A stretch of DNA of 64,000 bases from Candidatus Woesearchaeota archaeon (GTDB lineage Archaea; Nanobdellota; Nanobdellia; Woesearchaeales; JAAOYA01), in assembly GCA_018221105.1 (NCBI GenBank), contig JAAOYA010000005.1:1-64000 (forward strand), written 5' to 3'. The translations under genes were made by a program, and so were the position numbers. Of the stretch, positions 58,814 to 64,000 are shown one piece after another; within the stretch, counting starts at the first letter, position 1; the number at the start of each line of letters is the position of its first letter. The notes beneath the pieces are model-generated. The model had not been told where the DNA came from and ran no database searches. It saw only the letters and a list, made by a program, of their open reading frames with translations.

Positions 58814-58859
58814 GCGGAAAACCTTGGAAAACGCTGAAAAACCCAAAATTTGTTTTTGG
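58814..58859 (+). repeat. Phased GGAAAAC-type motif at the start of array 2
   Basis: Aligns to 39952-40003. Confidence 0.75.
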
Positions 58860-58867
58860 AGGCAGTT

Positions 58868-59026
58868 ATGAAAAAAGAAGTGAAACAAATAAAATTCACC
58901 AAAGTATCACTAGAAGAAGCAAACAGGCGACTATCAGAATCAGCACAAAAAATGGCCGAAGCGCGAGAGCACAGCGAAAAAATAAATCGATTAACACCAG
59001 AAGACCTCGAAAAAATCTATTATTAA
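58868..59026 (+). CDS. 52-aa helical microprotein (not in ORF track)
   Basis: GGAGG-N5-ATG; MKKEVKQIKFTKVSLEEANRRLSES... Confidence 0.55.
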   Translation: MKKEVKQIKFTKVSLEEANRRLSESAQKMAEAREHSEKINRLTPEDLEKIYY

Positions 59027-59082
59027 TCAAATGTGAAAAGGAGCCTTCACTTTTTTTCACCAAAACAAAAAGGAGGGAGGAA

Positions 59083-59446
59083 ATGACAAAGCGGGGAATC
59101 GTTGTTTTTGCTATGTTTGCCAGCTTCTATTTTTTTTATCTAGGCCCTATATTTAATTAAGAAATAAGGAGAGGGTGATGGCAGATCCGAATTCTGTAAC
59201 ATGGATTTTTCCAACAGTCTTTTCATACGGCGCTTACATTTTAATCATGATAACTATGGGAGGTAAAAACAAAAAAGACGGAGGTGAGTGATGGGGGACA
59301 TGAGCTTTGAAATGAACGCATTAAAAAAAGCAGTAAGCAACTGGGACTTTCTTAAGTACATTGAGTGCACAGCGTTCATCATATTACTACTCGTAGCAAT
59401 CTACATCCTAAGCCGGAGCTTTAAAAAAACCCCTTCAGCAAAATAA
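59083..59446 (+). CDS. Three tandem single-TM microproteins: 59083-59160 (25 aa), 59178-59291 (37 aa), 59291-59446 (51 aa)
   Basis: Each has its own AGGAG/GGAGG RBS and one hydrophobic stretch; TGATG coupling between the last two. Confidence 0.5.
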
Positions 59447-59731
59447 CAATAGCGCGATGACTAAAACTTTTTTGTGAGCTGTCGGACCAAAAACAAACAC
59501 TTAAGTTTTGTGGTCGCTCCAAACTAGTAAAAGTCAGCGCTTAGAAATAGTACTGCCAGTACAACATGGTCTTTTTCACAACATCTTGTTAAAACAGTAG
59601 TACCTCCTTTTAGGGGCTCATAACATTGGGTTGTGAGCTCCGCTTACAAATAAGAGCTTTTCAAGCTCTTCAAAATACAAACCTTGCATGCGGGATAGTC
59701 CTGCAAGCAACAACAGAGAAAGGAGTGTTCA

Positions 59732-59935
59732 ATGGCGGACAATAGAGAGGCTATGACTACTGATACTGGCGGGGGGAACGGAAAAAGAATCAAGGATCGT
59801 CCCCATATGCGTCCACGCCACGACCCTGTATTTCAACAGCAGGCAAGAGTGTGCATCGATGGCGCCGGCCAAGTGCTCGGTCATAGTCTTTCACCAGACC
59901 AGCTCACGAGAGCTAAAAGGAGGATAGAATATTGA
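59732..59935 (+). CDS. Hypothetical small basic protein
   Basis: AAAGGAG RBS. Confidence 0.55.
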   Translation: MADNREAMTTDTGGGNGKRIKDRPHMRPRHDPVFQQQARVCIDGAGQVLGHSLSPDQLTRAKRRIEY

Positions 59936-60003
59936 AAAAATTCTACATTATCATGTTGGCAATGGTGCCTGCGATGGCGGCGTTCGCCACCGTCCTGCTC
60001 TGA
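59932..60003 (+). CDS. 23-aa signal-peptide-like ORF (TTG start)
   Basis: AAAGGAGG RBS; MKKFYIIMLAMVPAMAAFATVLL. Confidence 0.4.
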   Translation: MKKFYIIMLAMVPAMAAFATVLL

Positions 60004-60349
60004 GGATATTCGACGTGTTTTTTGCAGGATTTACCTAGCTACCTAAAAAATTATGGACTAACCCTACCAAAACCGGATAAACCCGGCAAATCTCGCCAGA
60101 AACGAGATGGAACGAAGTACTGTTCAACTAAAAGTTGACTTTGGCCAGTCAAAACAAAAAATTAGCCAGTGACAGTCCTAGCCCTAAAGCAGTCACTAAA
60201 AAAAGGGTCGGTCCTTCAAAGCACCTAAACGCCGGGACAATAGCGAGTAGTTCAAAGCGGACGCTCGTGTCTGGTGTGTTGGACCGTGAAAGCACGGCGC
60301 AAGAAAGAACAGAGAAACAACTCCTTAACATGAGACAAGGAGGAAACAA

Positions 60350-60475
60350 ATGGACAAGACACTCGTGATGGCCTGCCGCGGCAGTCCTGTCTCCAACGCC
60401 AGTTCAAGGATGAAGATGCGGCGCCATGACGCCATTGCCCAGGCAAACAATGCCGAGAAGGGGCAGCGCCAGTGA
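60350..60475 (+). CDS. 41-aa hypothetical peptide
   Basis: AAGGAGG-N6-ATG; MDKTLVMACRGSPVSNASSRMKMRRH... Confidence 0.45.
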   Translation: MDKTLVMACRGSPVSNASSRMKMRRHDAIAQANNAEKGQRQ

Positions 60476-60882
60476 TCAATTCGACGTGAAAACCCGGAGG
60501 ATTTTTCAAATGGTCTCCTGTTTAAACGGGCTCTAAACCCGTAAAAGAGTACAGTATTAGAAGATCTCCGAAGCGGCCTGCAATCCAAAAAGGTCAAACA
60601 AGGACTAAACATTTGAAAGGGGGAATGAGGTGCGAAGAATTCTACTACTCCACATGCCTAACGCAGATATCCTAGGCCTTGCATGAAAGATGTCAGCGCT
60701 TTCCGCTGCAAAGAGTAGACACCAACTCACTAGGAGAGATTGCCTTGAACAACAAGACCTCTCCTATTACCTAAACCATAACCCACAACATCAAGGAAAA
60801 ATACACCAAAGAAAAAAAGGCTCTACTTTTCTCAACCTTGCCCCAGTAACTGTTTTTTTCTGGGCTAAAGAGAAAGGAGGTA

Positions 60883-61347
60883 ATGGACATGAAAAAGTTG
60901 TCCATTATCTTGTTGGCGCTTGCCCTCGCACTTGTGATGACGATACCCGCGATGGCAGCCATGACCCAGGACATGATCAGAGGTCCGACTGCCAGTGGCA
61001 CGGCCCTCCTGACCGCGCAAGAAGCCCTCGACATCGGAATGAGCGCGGAGATCTCCCGCGATATGATCGCACCCTCATATGAAGCCATTAATCCGCTCGT
61101 CAAAGAAGTGGTACTGGCTGAAGAGGAAATCCTCGACACCGGACGAATCCAAGCAACCTTGGAGGTGTTGTCGCCTGTTACCGAAGTGTTTTTCGCCTCT
61201 GGTTCCGACGTCATCGCCATTGACGGCCTCCTTTACGGCGCTCTACCCCAAGCAACCTCGGAGGTGTTGCCGGCCTGTACTCTTGCAGTGAACACCCTTC
61301 GTAATGTCATGGCAGGCACCGCCGAGATGGCCTTTGACACCTCCTAA
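60883..61347 (+). CDS. Hypothetical secreted acidic protein
   Basis: AAAGGAGG RBS (ATG 60889 likely); signal peptide MKKLSIILLALALALVMTIPAMA; GC-rich codons. Confidence 0.7.
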   Translation: MDMKKLSIILLALALALVMTIPAMAAMTQDMIRGPTASGTALLTAQEALDIGMSAEISRDMIAPSYEAINPLVKEVVLAEEEILDTGRIQATLEVLSPVTEVFFASGSDVIAIDGLLYGALPQATSEVLPACTLAVNTLRNVMAGTAEMAFDTS

Positions 61348-61389
61348 AGGAAGATCATCCTGGAGTGTTGAAAAGGCACTGTAACACTT

Positions 61390-61442
61390 AAGGGCGCTCC
61401 TAATAACTACCAGAAATGGAGTGTTGGGAGCGCCCTTTTTTT
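61390..61442 (+). terminator. Long hairpin followed by T-tract
   Basis: AAGGGCGCTCCTAATA/TGTTGGGAGCGCCCTT then TTTTT. Confidence 0.6.
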
Positions 61443-61495
61443 AGGAGGTGATACTACCCAAAAAAACTAATTCTGCAGAGAGGAGGTGAAAAACA

Positions 61496-61681
61496 ATGGG
61501 TAAAAGAGAAGACATGGGCGGATATGTCCAGTACAATAATCCCATAGATGGAACCACTCGCCAGTATCCAAAAGATGAAGCAGGCAATACCAATGAGTCC
61601 ACAAGTCAGACAATTCATCACGAAAGCGGTAATGTAACAGACTCTCGTGGCGACATCGTCGGCAATGTTAAGGACAAATAA
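61496..61681 (+). CDS. Hypothetical small hydrophilic protein
   Basis: AGGAGGTGA RBS. Confidence 0.6.
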   Translation: MGKREDMGGYVQYNNPIDGTTRQYPKDEAGNTNESTSQTIHHESGNVTDSRGDIVGNVKDK

Positions 61682-61847
61682 AATAATTATTTTTTTGTTT
61701 TTGGAAAAACTTTGAACTCTTAATTAATTGTGAAATTAAAAATTAGCACGGCTTTTTTGTGCTTTAAATATTGTAAAAACTACTTTTGACGCGTCTCAAA
61801 ACTTTTTGGGATGCTTCTTTTTTTCTTGTGTTGCTTTCTAACACTCT

Positions 61848-61906
61848 TTGTGAGCTTGGTGCGATGAGAGTTGCGGGCTCTTGTTAAAGGTTCAACTCCT
61901 TACAAG
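61848..61906 (+). other. tRNA-like element 1 (no D-stem; 7-nt loop TT-GCG-GG)
   Basis: GCTTGGTGC, GATGAGAG/CTCTTGTT stem, AAGG-TTCAACT-CCTT T-arm, TTGT/ACAA closure. Confidence 0.5.
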
Positions 61907-62737
61907 CAAAAAGTGTTTTGAAAGGGGCTTTTCCTCCTTAAGTTGTTGATAGGAAAAGTTCGGTTGCGACCACTCCGGGTTGAGGGTGTCGGGAAAGCCT
62001 TGCTTTTCATGATTCCTCCAAGGCAGGGCTCTCCCTTCACCCAACACAAAATAAGTTATGGGTGCTGTGCGGAATCTAATATAATGTGAAAGGGTTTCCG
62101 TTAGTTTGCAGAGGACTGGAGACGGCCTCTTAAAAAAATAATATGTTGTGAAATTCTTTCCTGGGCTTAGCCTGTCAGGTCTGCATCCTGACCTGAGACT
62201 GTTCCGTACAGCACCTGTTTATACCCTTTGACCGATCAGACCACCTGAACCTCGCGGGCCCTCTACAAGGGAGAAAAGAGGATAAGTCTTGGTGGATCGA
62301 AGAGTCTGATAGGGAACAATAATCTTATGAGGTGGCTGGCAGTTAAAAGATCTTAGCAATTCGTTCTTCTCGCACCCGCCAACCAACCAGTTGGCTTGCG
62401 AAATAAAGCGCTGCAATCGCCTGCCATAAGGTGATAACCGAGCCATATTAAACTGTGACTTCCCAACAGAAAAAAGGCCTTTATGCCCTTCTTCTGGAGC
62501 CTTCGAAACATAGGGGGTTATCTGGGGATGACAGTCTTGTGGGAAGTAACATAAAAATAAAAAAAAGGCGCTCGGTCTTGACAGCCCAACGCGTTGCCAA
62601 AGAACTATACTAACTCGCCAGTCACCTCTCCAATTACCCCCAGCAGCACCCCCAGACCCGGAGCATAAAGCAAAGTGCATTGTGCTCCGGGTCAACACTT
62701 GCTTTTGAGAGCTTTCGGGCCAGCAGAAAAAAAAGTT

Positions 62738-62803
62738 TTTGGTGCTTGGTGCTATAAGAGGTTCATACCCTCTTACTAATAGGGTTCGAATCCCTTACCA
62801 AAG
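62738..62803 (+). other. tRNA-like element 2 (no D-stem; 7-nt loop TT-CAT-AC)
   Basis: TTTGGTG/TACCAAA acceptor-like stem, GCTTGGTGC, TAAGAGG/CCTCTTA stem, AGGG-TTCGAAT-CCCT T-arm. Confidence 0.6.
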
Positions 62804-63496
62804 CTTTAGCTAGCAAGGAGGCTGCTTCTTCCACCATCTCTCCTAGCTGGCACCCTTGTGGATGGCCAAAGGCTCTTAAGAGAAAGGGTGATTTCTCAGT
62901 TCTCAAGAAAAAGGAGTCCTTGACCTCTCCTATTCTGCTTGAGATCTTGAGAAGTCTCTCCTGGTCCAGCGCTGACACCTCGGAATTTTTCTGCCGATTT
63001 CTTCGCCGGGGTGTCAGCGCGTTTTTCTAGCCATTACTTGCTATGTTTTTGGCCCCCAACAAAAGCGTTGCAAGTTTTTGGTAGTGGTTTATTTGCGGGC
63101 TTACAGGCACACCCCCTTACCAAGCGGCCACCCGTGCCTGTAAGCTCGCACCTTAAAAAAAAGTTTTTTTTATGCAATTTTGAAAGAGTGGCCATCCCGT
63201 CATACGGGTTTTGTGTCTTAACATTCTCCTTCTTGTGAGGCGAAGCTGTCACTAGTCCCTTCTTCCGATCTTTTGACTGGTGAACGGTTAAAAGACACAC
63301 CCTCCTGTTATTGGGAACTCGAGGTCTACACCTTCCTTTGTGGCGGGGTGGCCGCTCATTCGATTAAAGGTGTGGTGGTGTCGCCAGAGAAAAAAAGCAG
63401 AAAGGAACTCGCTGCCTCTCTGTTGGAATGACGTCGCTGGCGGTACCACCGCTCGTTTGAGAAAAATCGCTGAAAACAAAAAAAGGAGGAAAACTA

Positions 63497-63703
63497 ATGG
63501 GTCATCATGATACAGATTGTGACAGTCCAAGGTTTCGAAGTGACCCTAGCATTTATGCTGGTGCTGGTGGTCTAAATCGCGATACTATAAAAACGTTCTA
63601 TGATCGCTGTACAGATTGTGGAGCTAAAACTGAGTTTAAAGTTAGTTGGGGCGATCTTAACACCTTTGAGCGGCTTTGTGTGAACTGTCGTGAAAAAAAA
63701 TAA
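63497..63703 (+). CDS. Small zinc-ribbon protein
   Basis: AAAGGAGG RBS; CTDCG..LCVNC. Confidence 0.65.
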   Translation: MGHHDTDCDSPRFRSDPSIYAGAGGLNRDTIKTFYDRCTDCGAKTEFKVSWGDLNTFERLCVNCREKK

Positions 63704-63784
63704 GAAGCCTTTTGTATTTTGGCTTCTTTTTTTCACTATTTCTTTTCTATATTGAAAATAATTACTTGAAAAAAAAGGTTTTTT
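63702..63784 (+). terminator. Array-end element, copy 2
   Basis: AAGAAGCC..GGCTTCTTTTTTT..TTTTCTATATTGAAAATAA. Confidence 0.65.
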
Positions 63785-64000
63785 AGCCAAACCAGCTTCC
63801 GAGTCCTACTTGTTTGTCTACTTCTTTGCCAAAATTATCCTCAAACCGAACTTTTGTCAACTCCAAAGATTGCCGCAGGTATGCTCCTACATTATATTGT
63901 TTAGCTAATGAAATTGAAGGCTCTAAATATTTTGCAATACTGCCCTCTGAAATTGTAAAAATAATTCTGCCGCCACAATTGGTGCATTTTCCAACTAGTG
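63783..64000 (-). CDS. polC: DNA polymerase II (PolD) large subunit DP2, C-terminal fragment
   Basis: Hand translation LVGKCTNCGGRIIFTISEGSIAKYLEPS..KQVGLGSWFG-stop: last zinc-finger half and PIP-box-like tail. Confidence 0.88.
   Translation of the reverse strand, partial: LVGKCTNCGGRIIFTISEGSIAKYLEPSISLAKQYNVGAYLRQSLELTKVRFEDNFGKEVDKQVGLGSWFG

Larger units (their letters stand above)
61750..63480 (+). ncRNA. Candidate large structured non-coding RNA or RNA cluster; boundaries approximate
   Basis: No RBS-led ORF; dense stems with plus-strand G-U pairs; two tRNA-like elements. Confidence 0.55.
39950..63782 (+). mobile_element. About 24 kb accessory region of co-oriented small-gene arrays and structured non-coding sequence; mobility unproven
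   Basis: Abrupt change between core genes DUF424 and polC; all credible ORFs on +; strong SD sites; repeated boundary motifs; no integrase or att repeats seen. Confidence 0.5.

Noticed and set aside
61950..62172. RNase P RNA (AGGAAAAGTTCGG could pair with CTGGGCTT like P4)
   Set aside because: The conserved ACAGAA-type segment before the 3' P4 strand and other conserved regions are not evident.
62219..63530. ORFs 62219-62698, 62763-62978, 63011-63238, 63034-63300, 63288-63530
   Set aside because: No convincing RBS, atypical composition and mutual overlap; better explained as chance ORFs in GC-richer structured sequence.
39950..63782. Calling the region a provirus, conjugative element or diversity-generating retroelement
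   Set aside because: No recognisable integrase, capsid, terminase, relaxase, reverse transcriptase, template/variable repeat pair or flanking att duplication; remote homologues cannot be excluded by eye.
1..64000. CRISPR array or rRNA genes
   Set aside because: No regularly spaced identical repeats and no rRNA signature sequences were seen.

Overview
Archaeal chromosome segment, most likely a DPANN lineage such as Woesearchaeota. This is inferred from RFC-L, archaeal-type GlyRS, Hef, aIF2-beta, DUF424, the PolD DP2 C-terminus, an intron-containing tRNA-Phe and TATA-type promoters. 1-10508 is a single giant (>3500 codon) minus-strand surface protein (LamG, Kelch-like and FG-GAP modules). It runs off the window edge, so the ORF track misses it. 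10.7-39.9 kb is mostly housekeeping genes, plus a type IV pilus/secretion-like locus and a 2.6 kb integrase-less island bounded by a 23-bp duplication of the tRNA-Phe 3' end. The most unusual part is 39.95-63.78 kb, between DUF424 and polC. It holds about 45 co-oriented small ORFs that I mostly cannot assign, nearly all with strong AGGAG(G)/GGAGG ribosome-binding sites. They form arrays with shared upstream motifs, paralogous leaders, shared end elements and long G-U-containing plus-strand hairpins between genes. The arrays flank a coiled-coil + HerA/VirB4-like ATPase pair and end in about 1.7 kb of densely structured non-coding sequence containing two D-stem-less tRNA-like elements. No integrase, capsid, reverse transcriptase or CRISPR array is recognisable. 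All calls are by eye; no database search or folding program was run.
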